This document shows, one piece after another, positions 40,466-54,080 of a stretch of DNA of 64,000 bases. The notes under the pieces were generated by a model. That model was not told the DNA's origin. It did no database searches and saw only the letters and a list, made by a program, of their open reading frames with translations. The DNA is from Chrysomallon squamiferum. Lineage: Eukaryota; Animalia; Mollusca. The position numbers and the translations under genes were made by a program. Positions within the stretch are counted from its first letter, which is position 1, and every line of letters starts with the position of its first letter. Location of the stretch: the NCBI GenBank assembly GCA_012295275.1, contig CM022672.1:12958001-13022000 (forward strand), given 5' to 3'.

Positions 40466-42258
40466 CTTTCGTCTGCTTCTCCTGAAAAAAAAAAAAAATA
40501 AAAAAAAAAAAAGTTATAGATAAAAAATTGGAAAAAAAAAAGAGAGAGAGAGTGAGAGGGAAATGAAAAATGTTATAATATTTAATATATGATCATAACT
40601 AGCAGTTATTGATTAATTATATATTTTAAAGCAAGAATTAATTGTAGTTGTCAAATGTGCACAAAGGAAAATGAGGATTTTTTTCCATAATCACCAAGTG
40701 ATCTCACTCTTCATTTAAAAACCAAGCGGCATTGAGTGACAGGGTATACATTTTTCCTTTCTTATTTATTGATAATTTATTTCTAATACAAAAGCAATTC
40801 AAATACATTTTACACATTTCAACGATTTCTGAACGAAAAGTAAATACGTATGACGAAATTATGGTTTACAGTACAACTGTAAGAACGAACATGACTTCAC
40901 ATCTGTTGAGACGAACTATTACCGATTCAAAATAGTTATATATTTATTAATTCAGACATCAAGAATAAAAGAATGAAGATAGTGACCCAAACAAAATTGA
41001 AGACGTTTCCAAAACCTTTTGAAATGGATTTTTTTTTTTTACAACATATCGCTACCACAAAAAAAAATAATGCTATCAACTTCGATCGCGAACTGTCAAC
41101 TTCTAGATGCTATTAGGCCGTCATACAGATTTATTACTGCTTTTCATCTATAACTGTTTTTCTTTCTTATTTTTTTATTTTTTATTTTTTTTTTTTTTCC
41201 CTACACTCTGCTTTTCTTCTTGAAGTTTTTACAAATGGGATTTATTTATTTATTTATTTATTTATTTATTTTGTTTATTTGTTTATTTGTATACTTATTT
41301 CTTTTCTTTTTTATGGTCTATTTTTCCGTGTTGAACTTCTTTTTATGCAACAAGGACACGAAACATAAAAAGAAATACAAAAAATAGACGCACAAAAAAT
41401 AAACAAAACAAACAAAAGGAAATATTTGTCGAGTGCATGTCGTAACTACCTTATTCACACATAATAAACCAATGAAAATGGAATGTCTGCAGGCGCCATG
41501 TTGGCCGTTTCAGTCAGTCGGCGCTTAAATACTTTAATATGCAAACATAGTTCTTTTTCTTAGGAAACGATTGAAACAACAGCATATGAAGTAGACATAT
41601 AGTTGTCTTTACTCGGTTCTTTAAGAATAAATTCTTCTACACTTAACCATTGTTGTAATGCCGACTTTTAAACGTATTATTTTATTATTTTTTCTTCTTT
41701 TAAATGTCTGAAACTTAGCTAATCTTGTGCTCAGTAATTAAGACTAATCTTACTATGACGTACATTAATCCCTGTTTTCAAAAGTTGTCTAATTAAATTA
41801 ACTTTAAAATAAAATTTAAGTACCATTGTTTGGTTAACAATGGGAAGAAATGTAGACAATTATAATTATTTCTACGGATAACTAGTTGTGTCCTGCGCAC
41901 TAAATAGCCATATTATATGTCATCTCTATCCTACCTTTCTTGGCAAGGTCGTGTGATTAATTAAATTGTACTGTCGCTTTCACCAGTGAATAAAAAAGTG
42001 AAATAAGTATTTTTTCAGGTGCTGACACACATAATAATATAACAATAGACTTCATTCAGTGACACCAAATGATAAATTTCAACCATTAGACTTTACACAC
42101 TTAAGTAGACCGAACAAATTCACATGTACTAACACATTTAATAATATCCAAAATGTATGTATGCATAGATTAAAAATATATGTGTGTATGCATGTACATG
42201 TACTTATGTACTTATGTACGTGTACATGTATGTGTGTATGTGTATATATATATAGACA

Positions 42259-42291
<33 letters not shown>

Positions 42292-42509
42292 GTTTTATTT
42301 TTTATAAATCTACATTAATAATATACTACACTTATAAAAGTCCTAATAAAACTTATTTTCATTGTGGGAATTAATTTTCATCTTTAACAGTTGTTAAAAT
42401 AGTATTATGTAAATACGCAATAATCATTTGAAGAGAATAAACATAATAAAATGTTCATGAATGCACTTGATCTTTTTTGTCTACGCGTCCTTGGTTTAGC
42501 TTTCACGTA

Positions 42510-42520
42510 TGCGCATGCGC
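42510..42520. promoter_or_regulatory. NRF1/Ewg-type palindrome
   Basis: TGCGCATGCGC, matches the NRF1 consensus, within a CpG-rich patch. Confidence 0.45.
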
Positions 42521-42852
42521 CTTTTCGATTGCGCGTCGCATTAGAATACTGTTTTGTTTTTGTGTCCTTTCGTGTGTGTTTCTAATTACTTTCAGTTTAG
42601 ATTTAATGAAAATTTGTAGTATTCTTCTTTTTCAATTATTATTATTATTATTCGATAATGTGCTGTATATATTTTTATATTTATATTCATTCTGATAACT
42701 TGAATAAACCGATGTTTTCAATCCTGTTTCATTCTCTCTATTTCTTTTTTTGTTTACCGAATTAAAATTTTATGAATTAATTATGATAATTATATATATA
42801 AGCTCAATGTCAAAGTGCTACGTACTATCATTAAATATAAATATATATATAT

Positions 42853-42856
<4 letters not shown>

Positions 42857-42937
<81 letters not shown>
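42857..42937. repeat. (AG)n microsatellite
   Basis: Direct reading. Confidence 0.95.
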
Positions 42938-42941
<4 letters not shown>

Positions 42942-43188
42942 AATGTATCAGGTTCCATCGTACGCAAATTAAATATGATATTCCAGTGGAGTTAAAAGAT
43001 ATATGTGCAGTGTTGATACAGCTGCACTGTATTAATTAAATATTTGTTAACTACCGTTGTCATCAAAGATCATGTTTCAAACCAAGGATTTCGAAAAAAG
43101 CCTGAACCGTGTGACAACTATTAATATATTACTCTGGCACCAATGGCACCGAAACCTATCCGGTTGACAAATTTTATTTTATTTTATT

Positions 43189-43243
<55 letters not shown>

Positions 43244-43592
43244 TTTTTTTTTTTATTTTATTTTATTTATTTATTTTTTTATTTATTTTTTTTTTTAACT
43301 CTTATGGGTTCATTAACTATTCGGCCACTAAACTGAGTTAGCATAAATTTTTATTTGTTCATAGTAAACCAAAATTTTAAAAATCAAAATTATTTATGTA
43401 TTTTATATTGAAATTTACAAGAATTTTTTATATATTTATTTTTATCGTTATGTTAAAATAGTCACCATTTCTTTCTTTTTCTATATCTTTTAAATAAATA
43501 AATAATAATCCGCTTAATTTTCACTGATGACACGTAACTATAAAGTTGGCGTTTTAACTCCCTTGATCTTCTGACACAATATCTAGCTTTTG

Positions 43593-43606
43593 CCGATAGA
43601 TGGCGC
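43593..43606 (+). promoter_or_regulatory. Putative CTCF site
   Basis: CCGATAGATGGCGC, one mismatch to core CC[AG]C[CT]AG[AG][GT]GGCGC. Confidence 0.35.
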
Positions 43607-44677
43607 CATAAAGTCGCCTGTTGCTATCGATTCCTAAAGCAAGAGAACAACACAAATATATCAAAATGACTATTTTGCATTGAGTATTGAAAAGAAATCG
43701 CAACCATTAAGATATAATTAATAATCCAGCATGGAAATATATAAAAGGGAAGACTGAATTATCAGATCATTTCATTAAGAACATTTTAAATGGTGAGGTG
43801 AAAGAAAAACGAATAAATCGGTGTTTAACGATGCATTGACATTAAAAGACAGACGATTAAGAAAATTTTGCAGACATCGTATTATTAATAAAGCAAAATG
43901 CTAAACAATATTATGTTGTTATAATTATTTTTTTTTATTATTATTATTTCTAAAACGAAAATAACACTTTTCTGACATCATGTGAGTCAGATGGAAAATA
44001 GAGTCTGTATGAATGTGTATACAGTTATTCCGGCTGACTGTTTTATTTCTTTCAATTAACCAGTCCTCATTAGTGAAAGAAGTATACATTTTCACATAGA
44101 ATTTCCATACGAACAAATGTGGTATGTGCCTCCGTGTCTTGGGGAAGGTACAAGTGAAATAACAACAACAACATCCATAATAATAGTAACAAGAACAATA
44201 AATTATAATAATAACAACAGCAACAACAACAAAAAGAGCAACAACATCACCACCATCAACAACAACAACAAATAAACAAACAAACAACAATAATAATAGT
44301 AATAATAATTCCTTTCTTCTAATCGGGAAGTAATGGCATCATCGGGTTTTTTCTGTAATAACAGATTAGCAAAAAAACAATAATAATAAAAACGATTATT
44401 CTCCTGGGTTTACACACAATGTGTTGATTCATTCGTTCAGACAGGAGATGAACAAAGCGAACGTCATTAGTAGTGGAACATTAGCTAGAACGGAAAATAT
44501 CCCGACACGTCCATCATACGATCCAGCTTTAGATTTGACAGAGAGATTCGTTTACAAGATCGATTAAAGACGAGACGAGTACAGCTACCACTCGCGACAT
44601 GATAATAATTTAATATGCTAGTGATTTATTTGACTATTAATCATGACTTTTATGTCTCTTCGTAATAGGTTTCGATT

Positions 44678-44694
44678 TTATTTATTTATTTATT

Positions 44695-44760
<66 letters not shown>
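44678..44760. repeat. (TTTA)n(TTA)n microsatellite
   Basis: Direct reading. Confidence 0.9.
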
Positions 44761-45399
44761 TTAAAAATAAAGAAGCGAATCTAAATTTAACATTAGCAAA
44801 AATATTTTAACATTATTTTCCGAGACACAGTAGGTCTAAATATTTCTTTACATTTTGATCAAATGATTTATCTGAATTAATAAAAAAAAAAAAAAAAAAA
44901 ATTAAAACAAATATTAATCGAAAAGAAACAGAACCTCTAAGTGTTTCTACATTTTCTTATTCAATAAAAATGTTTTAATATTTAAAACGAATTTCGAAAC
45001 GTGTCCCAAGGGCGTAGTGACTTAATTCCTCTTCTAACAGATTTCCACAAACCATTAACGACATTTAATAGATTTCACTATGATAGGTTCAGAGCCCTTG
45101 TCGATCAGTTAACCACTTAAAACGTGCTTACATTAACTAAGTTAGAGTATGCCTGTCTTGCGCACATAACACAGAAGTTGTGTTTTGTTCGCCCAAGATA
45201 TATAGGCGTGAAACAGATAAATCGGCGCAGAAACTGTTAGTAAGATGCGATCCGGTAACTAACCAGGGTTAAGGTCAAGGAGTTAACAATTGTTCTACGT
45301 AGCTGGTAAATCTCACGACCATCTTTTTAATTAAGACGTTAATCACGGTCTTTTCACTGCGTCACAACTGGTTTATTAAACGTTGTGCTTTAGGTAAAC

Positions 45400-45586
45400 A
45401 TAGACAAAAGATCCCTTGTTATTATATGAAAAACAATAGATCACCGTATGGAGCCGGCGGGGGGTGTGTCTTTTTTCTTTGTCTGTATGGGTTTTTTTTT
45501 TATCACTAAACGTGAACGTCATATAACCACGGATCAAAAATAATGTATTGAGTATGTCGTTAAAGGAAGAAACGTTTCTTTCTTTC
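45400..45586 (-). mobile_element. Degenerate interspersed repeat copy
   Basis: Minus-strand TTTAACGACATACTCAATACATT is similar to TTTAATGATGCACTCAACATTT at ~59842; the rest resembles a common gastropod repeat from memory only. Confidence 0.4.
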
Positions 45587-46094
45587 ATAATGGATTAAGA
45601 AAAGCATTATAAAAAGATTATCTGAATAGTAATACAACAATAGTTAATTAAATCTTTTAACTGCACGACTGTAAATCCTTACATTTGAAAGGCGGCCACT
45701 CCAGATGAATCAAAATAAAGTCAACCGCTAAACTAACAACAGTCTTTTTGCTGAGGAGAAGAAAATAAAAGAATAAAGAAAAGAAACGATAAGAGTTTTA
45801 AGTGCACGAGACGAAAAGATGTTTTATGTTTTTAATGTTGTATTGTCTCTGATAAAATGGACCTGTGTATATGTTATCAGATATAGATTACAATCCACAC
45901 AAGAAAAAAACGAAAAAAAAAAAAAAAAAACCAAACAAATAAAATAAAGAAAGAAAAAAAAATAGATGATCATATTCAACTAAGGCATTATCTGTATACC
46001 GTATTTAATTATACTACATGTACACACATAACACATTATATCCAATCTCATCATAGCCATTTTCACCAACTGGTAATTATTCTGATTGTTACTC

Positions 46095-46612
46095 AAACGG
46101 CGCCCAATTTTCCGTCTAGCCTCTGACATCTAGCGTTGGGAGATCGGCGCCACAATGGCTGGGGGTCCCGCTGGGTGGCTTTCTGACGTCACGGAGTCTC
46201 GAGACCGTCTCGAGCGTGTCTCTCGCCTGCCGCCTCGTCGCATAACCAACTCATTTATCTTAACCACCTTGGCGCCATGTGCCGCCGCGCAGACGTCTGC
46301 ACTTCGATTTTCTTCTTCAAGCCTATCAGATAAAATGCTAGATATAGAGTTGACAAGACTGTCTGGCAAAACAAAATTGCGACTGTTAAAACGTGCAGTC
46401 TCGGTCTTCTAACAGAACGTGTTTTTAACCAGAAAAATAGACAACGTTTAAGATACGAAGTCTTATTTACGCATGCTAGCTAAACCTTCGATTTGAACTT
46501 TATTTGAAATTTTGAACAGGTTTTATTGCCTTGTAAATGTTTCATTTAGACAGAGAACTGCGAAAGTGGAAATGTTAAACCCAGCTGTAATAACTGGACT
46601 TGGACAGACAAG
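46095..46612 (+). promoter_or_regulatory. CpG-rich promoter and probable non-coding first exon of the zinc-finger gene
   Basis: Most GC/CpG-rich non-coding island in the window; perfect CRE TGACGTCA at 46184-46191, three GGCGCC motifs, palindrome GTCTCGAGAC; splice donor CAAG|gtaatc at 46613 could join the acceptor at 48723. Confidence 0.6.
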
Positions 46613-47576
46613 GTAATCACATTTTTATGTCTTCTTAACTTTCACTATTTTAACCTTTGTTCTAAAATGTGTAGTATATCTATACGCTTATAAATTAATA
46701 TTTATTATTGTTTAAAAACTGTATATATTATTTTAGTTCCTAGCTTTGCTTAGAGATAAATGCATTTCTTTAGCGTAATATGAAAAATATAACGATAGGA
46801 TATTGGTATTAGAAAATAAAAATAATAATAAAGAAAGGTACCTAATAATAATAATGAAAGGTAAAGTAAACTGCATACAATTAGTTTTTCTTTGTCCAAC
46901 GATTGTCGCGTCTGTATTTTGCTGTTGTGTTTTGTTTATTTGGTTTGTTTATTTCGTTTTTAACCTATTTGTTATATAATAAGGTCAGTGGATAAACATA
47001 ATTATATATAACAGATTGGATAAAAGTCAGCTGTATTGAAAATATTTTGCGAATCGGATTTACTTCCGCTCTACCATTATAAAGAAGCGAGCCAGTTTCC
47101 TAATATTAGTAAATAACCTTTTTTGAAATATGATATTATTGTTTACATACGCATGCACGCACGACTATTTATATGTGCGAGCTATATGTTCATAGTAGTT
47201 CATATTTGAATATATAGGTTTCAGTAAGGATTCCAGAACAACTATGCTTAACGTTACACATTACCTATCTGGATTACATATGCTTTAGATTATTTTTTAT
47301 TATTACACGGACATAAATATCTGACATTCCTATTTCAAAAATGCAGATTAAATGTAATTAGAAACTAAGATAAATAGATTACATCAGTTTGAATGGAGTG
47401 AAAAGTAAATCAATAAATCTACTATATAGAGTAAAATACAAGTATCTTACAACCAGTACATGTACACCTATATTAAATACACACAAAGATACCCACTTAA
47501 TACATCCATATTTACACGTAACCAGGTACATACATATATACATAAATATCTTAAACTAACAGCGTTATGATTTATC

Positions 47577-47579
<3 letters not shown>

Positions 47580-47620
<41 letters not shown>

Positions 47621-47711
47621 TACATATACACAAACACACAAACACACACACACAAAGAGAAAATACACAGATTAACACGATCTTCTGACAGGCGTGCACA
47701 GACACCCACCA

Positions 47712-47753
<42 letters not shown>

Positions 47754-47823
47754 AATACAAACAAAGAGAAAATATATAGATTAACACGATCATCTGACAG
47801 ACACACACACACACACACACACA
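47580..47823. repeat. (CA)n tracts interleaved with a duplicated 40-bp unit
   Basis: ACAAAGAGAAAATAyAyAGATTAACACGATCwTCTGACAG at ~47651 and 47761, each flanked by CA runs. Confidence 0.85.
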
Positions 47824-48806
47824 AGAACTCCGGATATACAACATCTGTCGCCGTCACCTGTCATTGCTTGGAGAATATATACGGGTCACGTGATAATTAC
47901 AACCTGTCAATTGTCGCACGCGAGGATAAGATCGCAGGTGACAGACGAACAGGCGCCACAGGGATTTGAAAGTTTTCACTCGCTGAAGTCAATCGATGGA
48001 GACACCTCAGAATACAGTTAACAACTGCTGTCTAGAAAGTATCATTTTCATTTGCTCTCTAATAACTGCTTGTTGATTTACGATAAAGAATAGTGTAGTT
48101 GAAAAAATAATAATAAAAAAAAGACGGTAAAACAAAAACTGAAGAAAAAAATCAACAAAAAACATAATAAAATTGATAATAGTTATTATTATGTCATCTT
48201 TAATTTAGTAATTATTTTCGTTTGGGGATGCGAAAAATCGTTAAAAAGTTTTATATTTATATTGCTGCGAGAAAAATAATTGAAATTAAAACAAAAGAGA
48301 AATGAAAAAGAACAGTTAAAAAATATCTTCTTTTTTTTTTCTTTCTTTTTTAAAAAATTATTAAAATACAGAAGTTATATAGTGAGGTGAATTTTTAAAA
48401 TTATCATAGTGGTGATTTAACAAGTCAAAAGAGATTTATAATGTGCACTTTCTAACGAATTCAGATATATTCAACTCCCATTTCTTGATCAAAATAACTG
48501 CAACAACTTAAGTTTATTTCAGTGACTGCTTGTCTGGGTGCACTGTCTAAAATCATCATGGCATATGTTATATATAAATATATTAATTACCTAGCTGTGA
48601 TTACTGGAGTTATAGGCATGTTTCAGCTGTTCTCTGATCGAAGCATATTAAAACTTCACAAACTTTACCATTAGAATCACTTATTATTGACTAGACTAAA
48701 TATCATTTTATTTTATTTTTCAGATAAAACATCTTGAACACTTCACTGATGCACAGATAGACTGTTTACATTCAATTACTTTATTAAATCTCTTTGACTG
48801 AGAAAA

Positions 48807-51414
48807 ATGTCTGAAAGTGACAAGGAATCAACAGGAATTTCAGAGAATTCGTCAAAAGAGCTCCTAGATAAATTTAAAGAGCAAACGTCCAGAACACCCA
48901 GCCCAGAGCTCAGTGTGAAATCCAATCTTTCGATTTCGGGTAGCAGTTGCGAAAACAGACCATGTCCCAAAGACTCGGGTAGTTTTATTCCAATGCAGAT
49001 AACATGTTCGTTGAATACAGACACAAAAAGTCAGAACAAATTAACAAATGAATCATCAAGTTCAAATTCATGGACTAAATCACCGAGTTCCCCTGGCAGT
49101 TCAAACCAAGACAAATATTTTCCTATCTGCGGCCATAATGAAGATATTTTGCCAGGCTCTAACAGATCACAACAAGGGATTTCTTCGGATTTAAAACCTG
49201 GCGGCGGTAATGAAAAACAGGCCGAGTTTACGGATACTTCGCGCGATACTATAAAGGGAAAAGGAAAATACAGTAACCATCTTCTGCCAACCAAAAACCG
49301 TAACAGTCCTAAGACTGTTTCAGGAACACTCCAAAAACAAGACGGCGCAACTTTCGAAAGCTGTATGAAGTTTGCTGAGATCTTGTACAAATGCACTTTA
49401 TGCACGACGTTGCCGTCGATCCTAACGTCGAAACAAAGCTTCCTGGAGCACGTTAAACAACAACATTTAAACGCGGAGACCTCGCGCTTCAGCTGCAGTC
49501 AGTGTGTGTTAAATTTCTGCATGGAAGAAGATTTAAACTTTCACGTTAAGGCCAACCATCCTCAGATTGGCAAAGGACCTCTTTCTCTTTCTGATCTCTC
49601 TGATGATTCAGATTCTAACGACAACAATGTCATTCAGGTGCAGTCACAAACGTCAAAGGCCATGTGGGCAGGCGACAAAGAACAAAAGACAAATGCTTGT
49701 AAAGTCGGTGGCTACAAGAAGTTATTTAAACCATTTCGAGATTCGCACGATTCAGTATCGGTTCGAGGTATCCAGGATATGGCATCGCTATCGCCAAAAG
49801 GACAAAGGCCTCTAGAATTACAAAGAGGAATAATGCATTCGGGATTTCATAATAAAAGTAAACAAAACAAATTGTTTCCTTGTAACATTTTTCAAAATTT
49901 AGATCAAAATACTTCAGAAATCAACAGTTACACTTCGTCAGGCATGGTGGAAATTGAAAAGCTAACGAATCATATGTTTCGACCGCAGAACCAAAACATT
50001 GGAACCATGTCGATGAAGGGCTCAAATCTTAACAGCTTTACACCAGAATTCGGTCGATATACTAAACTTGTTCGAGAGGGAGGGAATATTGTTTATTTCT
50101 GCCAAGTCTGTAACTGGAAATGTCCCGTTAAGACAATATTTCAGACCCACTGCCGAGGAATTCAGCACCAGAGCAAAGTTCAGTCAGCTGATGACAGTTC
50201 TGGAAACTCTTCCAATTCCCCTGGCCCATGTGATAACAGAAACGACAGCGAGATGCCAAGAAGGGAAAACAAACCTGTTAACCTGTGTATAAATAACGAC
50301 TCCAAAAAGAGGGATGCTGACAGGGAACTGACAGATACCTCTGAAGCAGAGAAAATATCCTCTCCTCTTGGAAACAAATCTCCGCTGAGGTCATTGCTGT
50401 CATCTTCTCACGGAGCATCGAGATGTACATCGAGTATGTTTCTTCAGAGAAATTCGTTGTCGGAAAAACAGATAATAAACGAAAATATTTCCAACGAGTA
50501 TGGCACCCGCAAAAATTTCCGTACAGATATCAATGGGTTAACAGGGAAAGATATTGGGTTTCTTAAAAGAAATTACGAATATTCTCATCCTTTTGGTACT
50601 GTTCCAAATACCCTGTATACTTCACGATTTATGACTGCTTTACAGCATTCTGAAAACGATGGTCATAGACTATCAACCAGTCGAAACAGAAGAAAACGCC
50701 CTGCTCCCGTAGCTTTGCGAAACCAATTTTCAGAATCTGATACTGATTCAGATTCAGAATGTCGCAAGAAAAACAAGGCAGATAATACAGAAATAACAAG
50801 AAAAAATAGCACGAAGAAAGAACTGTCTTCTTTTTATTCGTCTGCTAGATGTGATACTTATAATCCAAGCGATACTTCAAAATTTACTATTAATAACATT
50901 ATCGGTGAAAATTCGGAAATTCAGTCTAATAACGAATCCGCAAAACATCAAAAGATGTACATGGGAGAAAGAAAATGGTTGTCACCAAAACCGTCGGTCA
51001 CCTGCAACGGACAACCTCACATGATAGACGATCATACAGCATCAGTGAAATCTTTTTCACAAAGTGCTGTCTTCCACGTAAAGCAAGAACCAGCTGAAGA
51101 AAAAATCCAGAACTTTTCTTATTCCGAACAAAAATCAGAGAACTTTTCTTATTCGGAAGAAAAATCTCAGAACTTTGCATATGCTTGTTCCCGGTGTAGT
51201 TTTAGTACGGACTTCTTGGATTCGTACAGATACCACGTCTCCAAGGAACACGGTGCTGATTCACAGGATACGACTGACATCTGGAGATGTGGTGGATCGT
51301 TAACTTCTGACAAACCATATTGCTTCACAGGCGAACACGACGACTCGAATACCGAGAGAACAAACATGAACAGCGAAGGCTGGAAAATCGTAAAGATCAA
51401 AGGAGCACTTCCAG
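48807..51414 (+). CDS. Large first coding exon of the zinc-finger gene (869 codons, four Zn fingers)
   Basis: ORF 48807..51431; acceptor ttttcag at 48723, donor CCAG|gtaaag at 51415. Confidence 0.92.
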
Positions 51415-52972
51415 GTAAAGCTGGATTTTAAGTTATGGCCATGTTCACGTATCCGGACAGTTTATTGTACAGTGAAATTTCTCAAAACTGAACACAGCCG
51501 GTATCAATCAAAAATGCATGTTAATGAGGTTTTAAACCTGAATACTTGATAAATGACAAGACTGCTGAAATCGTTCGGTTCTAGGGGACTTCTGATTTGG
51601 AGAGAGTCCAGTTTTGAGAGGTTTCACTCTTAAGTTTATTTAAAATTAAAGTATTTCATATGAATAATATAATTATATATCAATAAAAATATTTTCTGTA
51701 ATAGTTTGTTTATAAAGTAATTTATTTTTTTTTTTTTCTTAGTCTTAGCCCTTTTATGAAAAAGAGATTTTGATAAATACTATTAACAAAAAAAAAAAGA
51801 ACAACATTGCAATAGTTGTGAGGAAATTATTATTATTATTTATTGAAATGTAAATTAAATATCGTATTTCAGAATTGAAAAATCATATGTTTGAAATGAA
51901 ATAAACGAAAAATAAATTTTAATACTTCAAATTTAATTTTACTTTTAAAGAAATAATTATTACTCGTAAATAGGTTTTGATAAGATTATTTTGATTTAAA
52001 AAAGGTCGTAACAGAAATCTTAACAACTAGCTTACATTCCAAACACTTTAGTGACGTCGCTAATTCTTTATTTTTATCCATGTGATAAATAAAAACTGTT
52101 TTATTGGAATATGTTTATTTTAAACAAATTATTCTGAAGACACATAAAATTTTAGTTGCTAACATTTAACTTTTTAGTCACATTGAAATGTACACGCATC
52201 GCTGTCTATCAAGTTAAGTCAGTAATCGAACTGCATACAGAATCACGAAGAACTGGGTGAAAATCCACAGTTATCGCATGTCAAATAAAGCTGAAAATCG
52301 TATATTCTTATCAGCTACGAGAATGACAAAAAGCATGTCTTAATAACGTTCAAATATCGATATTAGATTTCGTTTCAAAAATAACGTTTTATATATGGTC
52401 TTTTGTAGACCTCGTACAAGCTTGTCCACGTGGAAACGTATCACGTGATCTCCTTCTGCAGAAATTAAGCATCATTCTGAATCTTCCGGACGTGGTCCAG
52501 TGGGGTCCTGCTTGCAATAAAGCAGTCAGGGAACTCTTTCCAGCAAGCTTAGCTCAGAGAAAGGGAAAATATAAAAAGTATCCTTGTCTTGTTGAATTTT
52601 ATTTGCTACTTCTTATTTGTGCAGCATTAGATTATATAATTATTCAAAACAGTGTTGTTATCATCATCATCATTATCATCATCATTGAATTTATTTAGTT
52701 ATTTATTTATATTATTATTTATTTATTTATTACAAATCTTTTTACGTCAGTACAGTTTTCAAGTCAGTTTCAGATCAGAGAAAAGTCGTCTCTGTGATTT
52801 TAGACGACACACTTGTATCAAGGACTTGAATTTATCTCTAGTTATCTGATACTGCTGCTTGTCCCGGTATATCATTGCTGTTCACTTCAGCGTAATTATA
52901 ACTTTGCCGTCGACTTTCTTTATTTGCTCTATAACGTTATAGCGGGGGAATTATGTAAAGATATATGTCTGT

Positions 52973-53015
<43 letters not shown>

Positions 53016-54049
53016 CACTCAAAAAATACTCTGTTCGTCTATGATAGTCCGAAATCCCCGCCCCTTCATCATCACGGGGCCAAGTATTTTGTGTGTGGTT
53101 TATCTACTCATGTAAAGTATGGGGTATCAAATTCAATACTAACAAATACTTCTTTTCATTCCACCTTTTAGATAATGTTTGTTTCTATAGTTCAAAAAAT
53201 TGCCTTTAAATTTTTCGTTTCTTTTTTTTCATGGCCTAATTATAAAGATAGCATTATATTTGGGAAATGTTTATGTATATATATATATATATCAGGGTTT
53301 CTGAAAATGGGTTCCGCGGTCAGTTTCAGAGAAATAACCATTAATTCATATTCAGAGTTTGGAGATTAATGATAAAAAAATAATGTAAATTCCATTCTTG
53401 TTGCACTTCGTTACTATCTCTCCGAGACCACTATCGTCAGATGAACGTAAAATAAAGATATAAAAACACAAAAAAATCATTCTTTTCGAAATATTTTGGA
53501 ACTTTAGGTTTCGCAGTTTTTACAAATAGAACAAAAAGTTTAAGAATATTTAAAATAAATAAATAAACATTAAAAAAATAATAAAAAATTAATAAAAATA
53601 AAAAATATGAGAAAAAAAGAAAATATAAAAATTAAATAAAAGACAGTAACATTTATTTTATTTATTTTTTAAATTTAGTCCTTCATTTTTAAAAAAAAAA
53701 CTAAGGTGCCAAGAATATTTGTGTTACCATACATATATACGGCCAGACTAATGATGACATTAAGGATGTGAAAATTAACGTTAATTTGCCTTAACTTCAC
53801 CAGAACATATTTCTTTGGCCTGGAATACCTGGAGCAGCCGACACAAACACAAGATGACAGCAGCGACACGGAGACTGTCAATTACCAGCCTCTGCGCGAT
53901 ATGTCACGTGATCTTGACCTCATTATTCGTTTTTACCTGGTTGCTTTTTTTTTGTTTTGTTTTGTTTTTTTTTCTTTGTTTTTTTCTCTCTCAGATTGTT
54001 GTTTGTTTTCAGCTCGGTTGATTGTATTCTTTGTGTTTCGTTGTTGTTG

Positions 54050-54080
<31 letters not shown>

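Noticed and set aside
46130-46412. 79-85 aa ORFs on both strands in the GC-rich island
   Set aside because: No recognisable domain; open frames expected from high GC; better explained as promoter/5' UTR.
47468-47969. Cys/Val- and His/Thr-rich ORFs
   Set aside because: Translations of (CA)n/(TG)n microsatellites.
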